Positions 40,083-50,571 of a stretch of DNA of 64,000 nt are shown here, piece after piece. The stretch is from Gemmatimonadota bacterium (GTDB lineage Bacteria; Gemmatimonadota; Gemmatimonadetes; Gemmatimonadales; GWC2-71-9). The number at the start of each line of letters is the position of its first letter. Positions within the stretch are counted from its first letter, which is position 1. The stretch is taken from contig JAZDCZ010000409.1 of assembly GCA_036679605.1 (NCBI GenBank), positions 54,560 to 118,559 on the forward strand, read 5' to 3'. Under the pieces are notes generated by a model, which saw nothing but the letters and a program-made list of their open reading frames with translations, made no database searches and was not told where the DNA came from. The position numbers were made by a program, and so were the translations under genes.

Positions 40083-42019
40083 TGGACCTTACGCTGCTAC
40101 ACACGGCAGACTTCCCAATCAACTCTATCGCCGAAGCTCTGGACACCGACGGTGTCATCCGTGTTCTCATACGGTCAACGAGCCAATTGGCAGTCGGCGA
40201 TAACCCGACCTTGTTTATTCTAGACCCAGGCAGCCGAAAACAGTTCACGAGCAGCATGCGCTCGTTCGTCAGTGCCGGAGGCGGGATCGTCGCGATTGGC
40301 GAGGACGGGGAGCGTGACGTTCCATCGGAACTGGACCAGGAACTCCTGACGACTTTTGTTCAGCAGCCATGCGGCAAGCGACAACTCCTCCTCGCACTCA
40401 GGATGGCATACAAGCATGTGGCCGCGCGCGCTGAGACTGTACGAGCCAAGAAAGAGGCGGCGAGCCGGACGCAGGAGATCCACGAGCTAACTCGCATAGG
40501 CATGGCCCTGGCGACGGAGCGCGATTACAACTCGCTGCTGGATCTCATACTGACTCAGGCCCGTCGATTGACGTCCTCTGACGCGGCCAGCTTGTATCTG
40601 GTCGAACAGCAGGACGGCGAGCCTGATCAACTCCGGTTCAAGTTGTCGCAGACCTATTCGCGTCCCGACATTCCTCTAGTAGAATTCACGATTCCGATTA
40701 ATAAGTCCAGCATAGCGGGATACGTCGCCACTACTGCCGAACCACTCGTCATCGACGATGCTTACTTCCTGCCACCAGACTCCGAGTACACGATCAACCG
40801 CACCATCGATCGCAAATACAGTTATCGGACGAAATCGATCCTTACGATTCCAATGACCGACCACCAAGGTGATGTCATCGGAGTTCTTCAACTCATCAAC
40901 CGCAAGCGTGATTACAAGGCTCAGCTAGAAACCGAGTCAGACTTCGATACCCAGGTCATCCCATACACACGTCGTCTCGTAGAGTTGGTATCCGCTCTGG
41001 CTGGACAGGCCGCAGTATCGATTGAAAACAGCCAACTCTATGAAGACATAGAGCGCCTCTTTGAAGGTTTTGTGCGAGCCTCGGTAACGGCCATCGAGCA
41101 GCGAGACCCCACTACATTCGGTCATTCCGGGAGAGTCGCGGGGATGACCCTTGGACTTGCGCAGGTAGTCGACCGCGCAACCGACGGCCCCTACCGCAAC
41201 ACCAAGTTCTCACGTGAGGAGATTCGGGAACTCAGATACGCAGGATTGCTGCACGACTTTGGAAAAGTTGGCGTGAGAGAGCAGGTTCTGGTAAAGGCCA
41301 AGAAACTCTATCCGCCAGACCTCTCTCAGCTAAAGCAGCGCTACGCCTTTATTCGTCGTACCTCCGATAAGGAATTCTACCGGAAGAGAATGGAATTCCT
41401 GGAGGAGTCGGGCCGAGACGGCTACGACGGATTTGTACGAGACTTGACGGCAGAGCACGACAGCCAACTCGAGGAACTCGATCATTTCATGAAGTTGATC
41501 ATCGAGTCGAACGAACCCAGCGTGCTGCCGGAAGGGAGCTTCGAGGAGTTACTCGAATACGCCAATCGTTTTTATGTGGATCTCGACGGCGCCGAGCAGC
41601 CGTATTTAGCGGAAGATGAAGTTCGGTTTCTATCGATCAGAAAAGGGAGCTTGGACGAATCTGAACGCCTGGAGATCGAGAGCCACGTCGCACACACCTT
41701 CCGTTTCCTGCAACAGATTCCGTGGACTAAAGAATTGAGTGCGATCCCGAAGATCGCATTTGGACACCACGAGAAGCTCAATGGCAGCGGCTATCCCAGC
41801 CGGGTGAAGGCGGCCGACATTCCGGTTCAGACCCGCATGATGACGATCTCAGATATTTTCGACGCTCTTACCGCCTCAGATCGCCCTTACAAGCGGGCGG
41901 TGCCCCTCGACAGAGCCCTCGATATTCTTGGATTCGAGGTTAAGGATGGCATGCTGGATGAAGATCTCCTCAAATTGTTCGTGGAAGGGAAGGTCTTCGA
42001 GACGGAATTGGGCGACTAG
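40082..42019 (+). CDS. GAF + HD-GYP phosphodiesterase with degenerate N-terminal REC-like region
   Basis: GAF (SIAGYVA, IGVLQLINRK, AAVSIEN), GHSGRV, LHDFGK, HHEKLNGSGYP, DIFDALT..RPYK. Confidence 0.93.
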   Translation: MDLTLLHTADFPINSIAEALDTDGVIRVLIRSTSQLAVGDNPTLFILDPGSRKQFTSSMRSFVSAGGGIVAIGEDGERDVPSELDQELLTTFVQQPCGKRQLLLALRMAYKHVAARAETVRAKKEAASRTQEIHELTRIGMALATERDYNSLLDLILTQARRLTSSDAASLYLVEQQDGEPDQLRFKLSQTYSRPDIPLVEFTIPINKSSIAGYVATTAEPLVIDDAYFLPPDSEYTINRTIDRKYSYRTKSILTIPMTDHQGDVIGVLQLINRKRDYKAQLETESDFDTQVIPYTRRLVELVSALAGQAAVSIENSQLYEDIERLFEGFVRASVTAIEQRDPTTFGHSGRVAGMTLGLAQVVDRATDGPYRNTKFSREEIRELRYAGLLHDFGKVGVREQVLVKAKKLYPPDLSQLKQRYAFIRRTSDKEFYRKRMEFLEESGRDGYDGFVRDLTAEHDSQLEELDHFMKLIIESNEPSVLPEGSFEELLEYANRFYVDLDGAEQPYLAEDEVRFLSIRKGSLDESERLEIESHVAHTFRFLQQIPWTKELSAIPKIAFGHHEKLNGSGYPSRVKAADIPVQTRMMTISDIFDALTASDRPYKRAVPLDRALDILGFEVKDGMLDEDLLKLFVEGKVFETELGD

Positions 42020-43569
42020 AAGGCGACCACCCCTTCACGCTTGCGGTACCACCAAGCATACATCAGGATGGCAACTGTTAGAAAGGCGCATAGCTGTCCC
42101 ACCCAATCGCCCAGTCTTGAATACACAGTAATCACATCTGATGTCAGAAGCGTGTCTGCAGCTACTGCACGCACCCCCAACCCAGTCCGGCCATATTCCC
42201 GCCCGAACGGATCGACGAACTCGGAAATACCACTATTTGCAGACCTCACTATTCCCACTCGATTCTCAATGGCTCGCATGACCAGATGTGACTTGTGCTG
42301 ATACGGTGCGACCGTCTTGCCGAACCAAGCATCGTTCGTAATGTTGATTAGGAAGTCCGCCCCGCTCATACGGTACGAACGGCTTAGAGCCTCGAACGCG
42401 GACTCATAACAAATAACAACCCCGAACCGTCCCACCGACTTGTGGTAGACGGGACGCGAATCACCGATACCAAAACCCCCAAACCATCTCAAGTTCAACC
42501 ACCGCGGGTTCACAAACGGAACTCGCTCTACCATCGGCACGAGAAATACTTTGTGATACACCGGGTGTGCATTCCTCCCACCGAACGAGTCGAACACAAA
42601 CGCGGCATTGAAGTAGTCGTAATCGGTACGGGATCGCCATTCCACATCGACACCACCCGTCACCACCGGAACACCGTTCCGCCGTACCAACGCGGAGATC
42701 GAATTTTCCCATTCCGGATGGCGGTCGAAATAATCAGGGATGGCGGCCTCGGGCCAAACCACCAGCCCCGGACCGGTGCTATCCGCTACCGCCGCCGACA
42801 TCTCCAGCAGATCTCGAACGATCGCGTTGTGACCTGACCTGTCTTCCTTTTCATCAAACCCGACATTGGGCTGCACAACAGCTATTTTGCCCACAGATCG
42901 AAGTTTTATAGTCCGCTGCCGGAAGATCCCGTAACCGCTGGCCAGCAACAACCCTGCAACGACTCCTGCGACCAGCCTTATTGCCCTGCCCCGCGACTTC
43001 TGCCAATCGCGCCAAGCCAAAGCGAGCGCTACATTGGCCAGCACCAACAGGAAGGTGATACCTCTAGCCCCGATGATGTCGGCTATCTGGATTACCGTGG
43101 GGTAACCGGTAAGGGATGTCCCGAGCCCGAGCCAAGGAAAGGATATGTCGCCTTGGTGTCCAACGAACCACCGTACGGTCGTCCAAAGCACCGGGAAGAC
43201 GAGTAGGATGGGGATCCCGGCGACTCGCTTCACCCATCCCGTCAACGCGAACAGAGTCGCAGTATAGACGGCTAGGATCGTGACTGTAGCAGCATAGGCC
43301 AGCGCAGAGAGCGGCGTAAAGTGCCATAGCGCAACCACCATCCAGTGCAATTCGAGCCCCTGCGTGGCCAGCCCGAACCAAAACCCCTGGGCCAGATGTC
43401 TCCGTAGCGGCCTAGCATCGCTATGGCCTGTCTCGATCAGCCACACTGCCGGTACTAGAGACACCAACGACGGCAAGAAGAGATGAAACGGAGGATATGA
43501 CAACACGACCAACACCGCCCCCACAACCACCAAGCACCAATCCGCTCGCGTCAGGGCGAGGCCTTTCAC
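42016..43569 (-). CDS. lnt: Apolipoprotein N-acyltransferase
   Basis: FPW, VQPN, WPE, K.FLVP..E, ICYES, TNDAW, RAIEN, ANSGIS. Confidence 0.95.
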   Translation of the reverse strand: MKGLALTRADWCLVVVGAVLVVLSYPPFHLFLPSLVSLVPAVWLIETGHSDARPLRRHLAQGFWFGLATQGLELHWMVVALWHFTPLSALAYAATVTILAVYTATLFALTGWVKRVAGIPILLVFPVLWTTVRWFVGHQGDISFPWLGLGTSLTGYPTVIQIADIIGARGITFLLVLANVALALAWRDWQKSRGRAIRLVAGVVAGLLLASGYGIFRQRTIKLRSVGKIAVVQPNVGFDEKEDRSGHNAIVRDLLEMSAAVADSTGPGLVVWPEAAIPDYFDRHPEWENSISALVRRNGVPVVTGGVDVEWRSRTDYDYFNAAFVFDSFGGRNAHPVYHKVFLVPMVERVPFVNPRWLNLRWFGGFGIGDSRPVYHKSVGRFGVVICYESAFEALSRSYRMSGADFLINITNDAWFGKTVAPYQHKSHLVMRAIENRVGIVRSANSGISEFVDPFGREYGRTGLGVRAVAADTLLTSDVITVYSRLGDWVGQLCAFLTVAILMYAWWYRKREGVVAF

Positions 43570-44576
43570 AACTCTATGTCACGGCCTATCGCGGCCGACC
43601 GCTGGACGGCCTCAAGCACTCGATGCAGCCGAACCTGGTCTTCGAGCGATGGAGCCTCAGCATCGCCATTCACCACTGCCAGGAAATGCGCCCACTCAGA
43701 CCGATACGATGCGTTTACCACATTCTCTCCACTGGAGACACCCGTATGAGCAACGTCCATCGGAGTGCCATGCATTTCCTTGAACACTTTGAGTGGTGCT
43801 AGGCTCGCCGAACCGTACGAACACATGAAATCAATTGTTAGCTTTTCAGCCTCTCCAACGAAATGCCACGACACATCCACAAAGATCGACAGCCCACCAC
43901 TGCAGCGAATTAGAGCGCATCCCGAATCCTCTACGCGCTCATCATGATCGGGAGGATTGAATTGCGCGCTCACCGATTCAGGCTGCTTACACCCTGCCAA
44001 CCAAATGCCTAGATCGATGAGGGGCAGACCCAGGTCGAGCATCGCGCCGCCTCCCGACTGATCGCGGTGAAAACGCCAGCCCAGGACTTGCCGAGTTGGA
44101 CGGAAGGCATACCAACGGGCCCGTATGGAATGGAGAGGACCCAGTTCCCCGCTGTCGAGGAATCTGCGCAGAGCTTGAACATCCGGGCGAAACCGGTGAT
44201 TCATTCCGGCCATCACTATCGCGCCGGTCTGCTCGCGAACAGCTGCGACGCGCTCCACGCCCTCGCTCGACAGCGCCAGCGGCCTTTCACAGAGAACATG
44301 CACACCGGCAGTAAGTGCTGTAATCGTGTGGATCTCGTGCAAGTGATTGGGAGTACAGACTACAACTACATCGGGCTTCGAGAGCTTGATCAGATCTTCA
44401 ATGTCATCGTAGACATCCGGAATACCTACTCTGCTCGCCAGGGCACGCGCCTTGGGGAGGTCGATGTCGCACAGCGCCACGATCTCGACCCGTTCGAACT
44501 TTGGCAAGACGCTAAGGTGCGCCACCTGCGCAATTGCTCCCGCACCGATAACGCCGATCCGTATAGCTTCTCCCAT
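43566..44576 (-). CDS. Gfo/Idh/MocA oxidoreductase
   Basis: GVIGAGAIA, TPNHLH, HVLCERP, GGGAMLDLG. Confidence 0.92.
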   Translation of the reverse strand: MGEAIRIGVIGAGAIAQVAHLSVLPKFERVEIVALCDIDLPKARALASRVGIPDVYDDIEDLIKLSKPDVVVVCTPNHLHEIHTITALTAGVHVLCERPLALSSEGVERVAAVREQTGAIVMAGMNHRFRPDVQALRRFLDSGELGPLHSIRARWYAFRPTRQVLGWRFHRDQSGGGAMLDLGLPLIDLGIWLAGCKQPESVSAQFNPPDHDERVEDSGCALIRCSGGLSIFVDVSWHFVGEAEKLTIDFMCSYGSASLAPLKVFKEMHGTPMDVAHTGVSSGENVVNASYRSEWAHFLAVVNGDAEAPSLEDQVRLHRVLEAVQRSAAIGRDIEL

Positions 44577-45208
44577 TACGGAATCCTGTACATCAAACCG
44601 GCCGACGCAGATATCGTTCTAAGTCCACTGGAAACGCCGCCTCGCAGGCCGGCCGTGAAATCGAGTTGTGTGATCAGCCTAACCTCCGACGCCAGCGAAA
44701 GGTTCAAACCGGCCTCAATATTGTCGAGGGCATCCTCCACGAACGTACCCTTGATTGCCCCGCCGGACCCGTTGCGGAAATGCGCCGCGATTCCTACTCC
44801 GGCAAACGTACGTACACGACTCGAAGCTTGTACGAGATACTGAAGATCCAAATCCAGTTCCAGGTCCGACCAACTGATCGTACCCACATCGACAGTGAAA
44901 TCCCCCGTCGGATCGACTACCAGTCCTCTCAACTTGTCCTCGAATTCTCTAATCTCTTCGGCGTCGAAATCACCCTTGAAGTACGATCCACCTAAGAGTA
45001 CCCGTAGTCTTGGCGCTATGAAACCGTAGTCCACTCGAACGGCACCAGTGACCTCGTTGGTGAGTCTATTCGAGGCTGTGGCGCCCAATTCGAATCCAAC
45101 ACCAGACAACTTCAAACCTTCGTAGCTGAATTCGTCGAAAATTCCTTGCGCTGCGGCAAGTTGAGGCACGGCGGCGATGATTACCGCTAGTCTAATACCA
45201 ATTCTCAA
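44576..45208 (-). CDS. Hypothetical outer-membrane beta-barrel protein
   Basis: Signal peptide from TTG 45208, amphipathic strands, C-terminal AGLMYRIP. Confidence 0.65.
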   Translation of the reverse strand: MRIGIRLAVIIAAVPQLAAAQGIFDEFSYEGLKLSGVGFELGATASNRLTNEVTGAVRVDYGFIAPRLRVLLGGSYFKGDFDAEEIREFEDKLRGLVVDPTGDFTVDVGTISWSDLELDLDLQYLVQASSRVRTFAGVGIAAHFRNGSGGAIKGTFVEDALDNIEAGLNLSLASEVRLITQLDFTAGLRGGVSSGLRTISASAGLMYRIP

Positions 45209-46442
45209 TGCGAGTTCCTGGGAAATAGGTGGTAACAATAGTAGCTGCGCTCTGGCCGGCACGCGCGCGACCCACAGCGCCCCACTGGCACATTCCTACT
45301 CCGTGACCCCAACCTGCTCCTGTTATGCGAAGCCGGTCGATTTGGCCGTTGCTGATGTCGGTCGACACCTCAATTGCGGTACTCCCAAGCGGCGCTCCAT
45401 CAGGCCGCTGCAAAACCAAACGAATGTCTGGACCGAACACCGGAATGTCGCCCCCGGCAACCGTCAGTCGAAGTTCGGTAACTCGGCCCGACGCTCCCTT
45501 CCCATGCACGCTCACCCCGAGAACTTGGTTCAATTCGGATGCGTCGATACCCAACGCTCGTGGCACAGTACGCCCCAATATGTCGCGCAGCATGTCCCCC
45601 TCCCATTCGACAGTCCATCGAAACCTTGGGGAAATGTCGCAGTAGTATCCGCTGGACGACTTCCGATCGGAAACGGGTCTCAGGTAAGGGACGGGGCGAA
45701 CCGATCTAAAAGACTCACTAGGGGCTGCCGTAGAATAACCGCAGGTCGAATGAAAGAACGCGCTTATGAGTTCGCCCTGATAAGTTACGACCTCACCACG
45801 CGTTCTACGCACCGCGTCGTTCCCAGCCTTGCTCTCCCTCTCTACCCCGAGATACGCCTGATCCGCAGTACCGGCCCGCAAATCGTAACCATCCGTCTTG
45901 AACCGGCCACGATTCTTCAGAGCATAGGTCCGCGATACTATTGCCTGTGCCTCCAGTGCAGCGTGCTCGCTTGCGGGCCTGGATCCCATCTCTGCAGTGA
46001 CAACACCTCCAAGATATGCCTCGAGACCCACGACGTTCACGACGTACACGCCTCCGCCTCGCGCAAAAACCTCTATCGTTCCTCGGTATGCCCTTCCGTT
46101 CAATGTTAAGAACCGAGAGCGATTGAGGCTGCGAAATGTAAGCTTGTCGAAGCGTCCCTCCTCCCTGCCCTGCAGGCGAATTCGATCGCCCTCGCCCGAG
46201 ATTTGGATCTCCTCGGCGGGCCCCAGCCTAATCCTTGCCGACCCACTGGTAGCAACACTACCCTGGCCCTCGAGTCGCACCTCCCGACCTCCCACAACAA
46301 GGCCCACTCGAATCGTAGGCTCTCCTCCCACTCGGGCCGCCCCGCGCGGCGTGGCGCACGTTGTCACCGACACCGCCGAGGCTGCGCTAAACAGCAGTAG
46401 CGCGAGCCAGTGCTTGGGCAAAGAGATCGATCGTTTCGGCAA
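45192..46442 (-). CDS. SpoIID/LytB domain protein
   Basis: YRG, LEAYLGGVV.AEM, AQAIVSRTYA, DQAY, GWGHGVGMCQWGA. Confidence 0.93.
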   Translation of the reverse strand: MPKRSISLPKHWLALLLFSAASAVSVTTCATPRGAARVGGEPTIRVGLVVGGREVRLEGQGSVATSGSARIRLGPAEEIQISGEGDRIRLQGREEGRFDKLTFRSLNRSRFLTLNGRAYRGTIEVFARGGGVYVVNVVGLEAYLGGVVTAEMGSRPASEHAALEAQAIVSRTYALKNRGRFKTDGYDLRAGTADQAYLGVERESKAGNDAVRRTRGEVVTYQGELISAFFHSTCGYSTAAPSESFRSVRPVPYLRPVSDRKSSSGYYCDISPRFRWTVEWEGDMLRDILGRTVPRALGIDASELNQVLGVSVHGKGASGRVTELRLTVAGGDIPVFGPDIRLVLQRPDGAPLGSTAIEVSTDISNGQIDRLRITGAGWGHGVGMCQWGAVGRARAGQSAATIVTTYFPGTRIENWY

Positions 46443-47670
46443 TTATGTCGTCCGTGTGCGCGTCAGATACGAACGCGGCCTCAAAGGGTGACGGCGCCAG
46501 CAAGATGCCCAACTCTCTGGCAGCTCGGTGAAACCGCACGAATAATTCGGTATCGCACTGCTTTGCCTCTGAAAAATTCGTCACTGGTCCATCATGAAAG
46601 AAGAAGCCCCACATCCCACCGGCATGGTCCGCCGAGACCGGAACGCCGCACTTTGACCCCGCCGCCTCCATGCCTTCCGCGAGCATTCCGCTGCGCCGAT
46701 CGAGCCGCTCGTACAGTCCGTCCTCTTGCGCGGCTCTTAGCACCGCTAGCCCGGCCGCCATCGGTACCGGGCTCCCGGAGAGGGTACCCGCCTGATAGAC
46801 AGACCCCGCCGGTGCGATCCGTGCCATGAGATCCTTACTGCCGCCATAAGCTCCCACTGGGAATCCGCCGCCGATCACCTTCCCCATTGTGGTGAGGTCT
46901 GGCTCGACACCTACCAGAGACTGGGCGCCCCGAAGTTGCACACGGAACCCGGTCATCACTTCATCGAAAATCAAGAGCGCACCGCGCTCAGTGGTGAGGC
47001 TGCGCAATCGCTGCAAGAACCCCTCTTGCGGCGGTATAAAACCGGCGTTGCCAAAGAACGGCTCTACGATTACCGCAGCCAATTCATCACCATGGTCATC
47101 GAACAGCCGTTCTACGCTCTCCACATCATTGAACGTGGCTGTAAGCGTTAGTCGAGCGAGTTCTGCCGGGACTCCAGGGCTCCCAGGTATCCCCAGCGTC
47201 GCCATTCCACTGCCACCCGACACGAGGAAGCAATCGGCGTGTCCGTGGTACCCGCCGTCCATTTTGACGATCATGTTGCGCCCCGTAGCCGCGCGCGCGA
47301 GGCGCACCGCTGACATGGTAGCCTCAGTACCGCTGTTGACGAATCGCACCATCTCAACCGATGGAACCAACTCTACGACGAGTTCCGCAAGCTCGATCTC
47401 GGCCTCACATGTCATACCATAGGTGACACCTCGTTCGACCGCCCTTCGGATGCTCTCCGCGACCGTGGGGTGGTTGTGCCCCAGCAGGATGGCCCCCCAA
47501 GACATCACATAGTCTACGAGACGCCTCCCATCGTGCCCGGTCAGAAAGGCACCGTCTGCCTCGCGCACGAAGAGTGGATCTCCTCCGACGCTCCCAAATG
47601 CTCTCACCGGGGAATTCACCCCCCCTGGCATCACACTGAGAGAACGAGCTGCTAGTGGCGAGGCACTCAC
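46387..47670 (-). CDS. hemL: Glutamate-1-semialdehyde 2,1-aminomutase
   Basis: PGGVNSPVRAF, NSGTEA, YHGH, FDEVMTGFR, GKVIGGG, YQAGTLSG. Confidence 0.97.
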   Translation of the reverse strand: MSASPLAARSLSVMPGGVNSPVRAFGSVGGDPLFVREADGAFLTGHDGRRLVDYVMSWGAILLGHNHPTVAESIRRAVERGVTYGMTCEAEIELAELVVELVPSVEMVRFVNSGTEATMSAVRLARAATGRNMIVKMDGGYHGHADCFLVSGGSGMATLGIPGSPGVPAELARLTLTATFNDVESVERLFDDHGDELAAVIVEPFFGNAGFIPPQEGFLQRLRSLTTERGALLIFDEVMTGFRVQLRGAQSLVGVEPDLTTMGKVIGGGFPVGAYGGSKDLMARIAPAGSVYQAGTLSGSPVPMAAGLAVLRAAQEDGLYERLDRRSGMLAEGMEAAGSKCGVPVSADHAGGMWGFFFHDGPVTNFSEAKQCDTELFVRFHRAARELGILLAPSPFEAAFVSDAHTDDIIAETIDLFAQALARATAV

Positions 47671-48983
47671 TTGACAGCCTCTGCATGAAAGTCGTAATCC
47701 ACGTTGTCATCCAATACGACTCGAACGAAGTCTCCCACTCCGACCCATCCGCCCTTTCTCACGTACGTGACTCCATCGACATCGTCGGCTTGCCACTTTA
47801 CACGCCCCACGTGTGTGACTCCATCCTCGTCGGGATTTGCTACACGATCGACGAGCACATCTGTCTCGCTGCCCACATAACGAGCCAGTCGATCTTCGGA
47901 TATTGTGCGCTGGATTTCGAGCAATTCCTCTTGTCGGGCCCTCTTGACCTCGCCGGGCACATCGTCTGCAAACTGCGTGGCGCGCGTTCCGTCCTGCGGA
48001 GAATATGTAAACACCCCGAGCCGCTCGAACTCCATTTCCGACGCAAACTTACATAGAACCTCGAAATCTTCGTCGGTTTCACCGGGGAAACCTACGATGG
48101 TGGTTGTGCGTATAGCGATTTCCGGTATCGCTTGCCTCAGCTTCATGACCTTGTCCCGTATTGTGCTCTGTCGCTCTGGCCGGCGCATGCGCTCCAGCTG
48201 ACTGTCCGACGCATGCTGAATTGGGATATCGATATACGGCACAATGCGCGGCTCACCGGCGATCAGTTCGATCAGCCTGTCGGTAAGCCCAAAGGAATAG
48301 ACATAGAGCAGCCGAAACCACGGGATAGTCGTGTTCTTCAGGAGAGATTCGAGGAGTTCCGGCAGTCTCGGCCCATCACGCCCGAGGTCCCGACCGTAGT
48401 GTCCCAGGTCCTGCGCTACCAGACTTACCTCCTTCGCCCCCTGCTCCTCCAGCAGTCGGGCCTCCGCCACCAAACGCTCGAGCGGTTCCGACCGATGTTT
48501 ACCGCGCATCAACGGGATGGCACAGAACGCACAAGTGTGGTCACAGCCCTCTGATATTTTGAGGTACCGCATGTGGCAATCGCGACCAAGAAACTGACGG
48601 GCTCCCGGATGGCTCTGCACCGGATCGTGAATGAGTCCCATTTCGGCCAAGGCGGGAACCAACTTGTGAAGATCTCCAAACCCGAGGCAAAGATCCAATT
48701 CCGGGATTTCCCGCTGGAGATCTTCTTTGTAGCGTTCAATTAGACACCCGACCGCAACCACTGCCTTTACCCTACCTGTCTCCTTGAGCGCAGTGGCTCT
48801 GAGCATCTCTTCGATTGACTCCTGCTTGGCTGCATCGATAAAGCCGCAGGTATTCACCAAGATCAGGTCGGCTGCTTCGAGATCGTCGATTAGCACTGCC
48901 CCGTGACCAACGAGGTTACCGACCAGTCTCTCCGAATCAACCGTTGCCTTGTCACAGCCAAGCGAGATAACGCCGAGCCTCAC
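47667..48983 (-). CDS. rimO: Ribosomal protein S12 methylthiotransferase
   Basis: SLGCDKATVDSE, NTCGFI..AKQES, GCDHTCAFCAIP, TRAM domain with DVDG. Confidence 0.95.
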   Translation of the reverse strand: MRLGVISLGCDKATVDSERLVGNLVGHGAVLIDDLEAADLILVNTCGFIDAAKQESIEEMLRATALKETGRVKAVVAVGCLIERYKEDLQREIPELDLCLGFGDLHKLVPALAEMGLIHDPVQSHPGARQFLGRDCHMRYLKISEGCDHTCAFCAIPLMRGKHRSEPLERLVAEARLLEEQGAKEVSLVAQDLGHYGRDLGRDGPRLPELLESLLKNTTIPWFRLLYVYSFGLTDRLIELIAGEPRIVPYIDIPIQHASDSQLERMRRPERQSTIRDKVMKLRQAIPEIAIRTTTIVGFPGETDEDFEVLCKFASEMEFERLGVFTYSPQDGTRATQFADDVPGEVKRARQEELLEIQRTISEDRLARYVGSETDVLVDRVANPDEDGVTHVGRVKWQADDVDGVTYVRKGGWVGVGDFVRVVLDDNVDYDFHAEAVK

Positions 48984-49100
48984 GGTGACAGGACTACGAA
49001 CGCAAGAGAGCGATAAACACGGGGTAGAATATACTCGGAAGGGGATAGTAGAAGACGGAATGCCTGACAGAGGCGACCGACCCTACGACTGTTGCCTCCG

Positions 49101-49958
49101 TCAGAGAAGAAAGCTTTCCAGCGCTCGCGCACGGCTGACATGCCGAAGCCGAGCTAGTGCCTTCTCTTTGATTTGCCGGACCCGTTCTCGGGTTATCCCC
49201 ATCATGCGGCCGATCTCTTCGAGCGTCAGGGGTTCCTTGCCCTCCAACCCGTAGTACAACCGTAGGATCCTTGCCTCACGTTCCTTGAGCGTTTCGAGAA
49301 CCCCCTCGATGGATTCACACAGGGCACGCTCAAAGGTTTCCTTTTCAGGCCCCGGACTCTGAGTGTCCGGGATGTAATCCATGAGCCTGTTATCCTCACC
49401 TGGAGTCAACGGAGCATCGAGCGACAGGTGACTCTGGGATATAGAGAGGGTCTTGGCCACTTCTTCCCTCGAGATATCCATTCCCTCGGCGATCTCGGAA
49501 ACCGTTGGCTCTCTCCCAAGCTCCTGCAATAGCAACCGCGACCGTTTGCCGATTCTATGGAGGGTGCCTGCGCGGTTCAGCGGAACGCGCACAATCCGGC
49601 TTTGCTCTGCCAATGCCTGCAGAATAGCTTGTCGAATCCACCACACGGCGTACGAGATGAACTTGATTCCCTTAGTCTCGTCAAATTTGTGGGCGGCCCG
49701 GATCAGCCCGAGGTTCCCTTCGTTGATCAGGTCTGATAAACTCACACCCTGATTTTGATATTTTTTCGCCACCGATACTACGAACCGGAGATTGCTGCGG
49801 ACCAGTTTGTCCAGTGCCTCACCGTCTCCGACTCTGATCTGCTGGGCGAGATCGACCTCGTCTTCGCGTGTGATTAGGGGATACTGACTGATTTCACGTA
49901 GGTATTGATCCAGAGACCCATCGTCCCTGACTGCTCTCTTGGCCGACGCAACTGCCAT
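49101..49958 (-). CDS. Sigma70-family RpoD/SigA-like factor without region 1.1
   Basis: YLREI, NLRFVVSVAKKY, DLINEGN, KFISYAVWWIRQAI, TRERVRQI. Confidence 0.93.
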   Translation of the reverse strand: MAVASAKRAVRDDGSLDQYLREISQYPLITREDEVDLAQQIRVGDGEALDKLVRSNLRFVVSVAKKYQNQGVSLSDLINEGNLGLIRAAHKFDETKGIKFISYAVWWIRQAILQALAEQSRIVRVPLNRAGTLHRIGKRSRLLLQELGREPTVSEIAEGMDISREEVAKTLSISQSHLSLDAPLTPGEDNRLMDYIPDTQSPGPEKETFERALCESIEGVLETLKEREARILRLYYGLEGKEPLTLEEIGRMMGITRERVRQIKEKALARLRHVSRARALESFLL

Positions 49959-50227
49959 CTGTCACCTACCTCCGCAGAGTTTTGTGTGCCGCTGTTGATT
50001 ACTCACTAACGACTTTTTATTACACATCAACCGCGAACGAGCTGCCGATGGCACGTGCTCGTCACATGGTAGGATTGGAGGGAGGCGATACTTTGCGCCT
50101 GTTGAGTGGCGCTCGAGCGTTTGGTCAACGCGTCGTTCGGCTCGTAGCCGATAAGGTTTGATTCAGTCACCGACGGACTTTTTTTTGGACTACGGTGTTG
50201 CTCTCCGATCTTCGACTGTGTTTTAGG

Positions 50228-50476
50228 TTAGTGGGGTTTGGCCAATGGCGCAACCGCTACGGACCATCCGTGTCGATTGGCCCATGAGCGCAAAGCAACC
50301 AAAAGTTCGCTTGCGGAGCACTCGTGCTGCAGAGTTGCAGCCACACACGAGGCTCGCTCACCAGCCGCAAACTCTGCCTGGACTAGCTTGCCCCGGGGAA
50401 TGTCGCCCAGCGCAGCCAGGTCGAGTGAAGCCCCGCCGGCATTCAGAATAATGGCAATGGAAGATCTCGTTGGCAC
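50228..50476 (-). CDS. Small hypothetical protein
   Basis: 82 aa ORF filling the gap, co-oriented with both neighbours; no recognised motif. Confidence 0.45.
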   Translation of the reverse strand: MPTRSSIAIILNAGGASLDLAALGDIPRGKLVQAEFAAGERASCVAATLQHECSASELLVALRSWANRHGWSVAVAPLAKPH

Positions 50477-50571
50477 GGATACATTCTAACCCACCACCCG
50501 ATTTGTACCGTACGAAATTCGTGCTCACATGTACAAAAAACTGCGGCGCAATCAAACTACCGAATCGACCA

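Noticed and set aside
49959..50571. Sigma54 promoters, CRP boxes or a c-di-GMP riboswitch near the sigma factor gene
   Set aside because: TGGCAC hits lack the -12 TTGC; TCACA hits are half-sites only; the GCAAAG segment lacks the riboswitch P2/P3 context.
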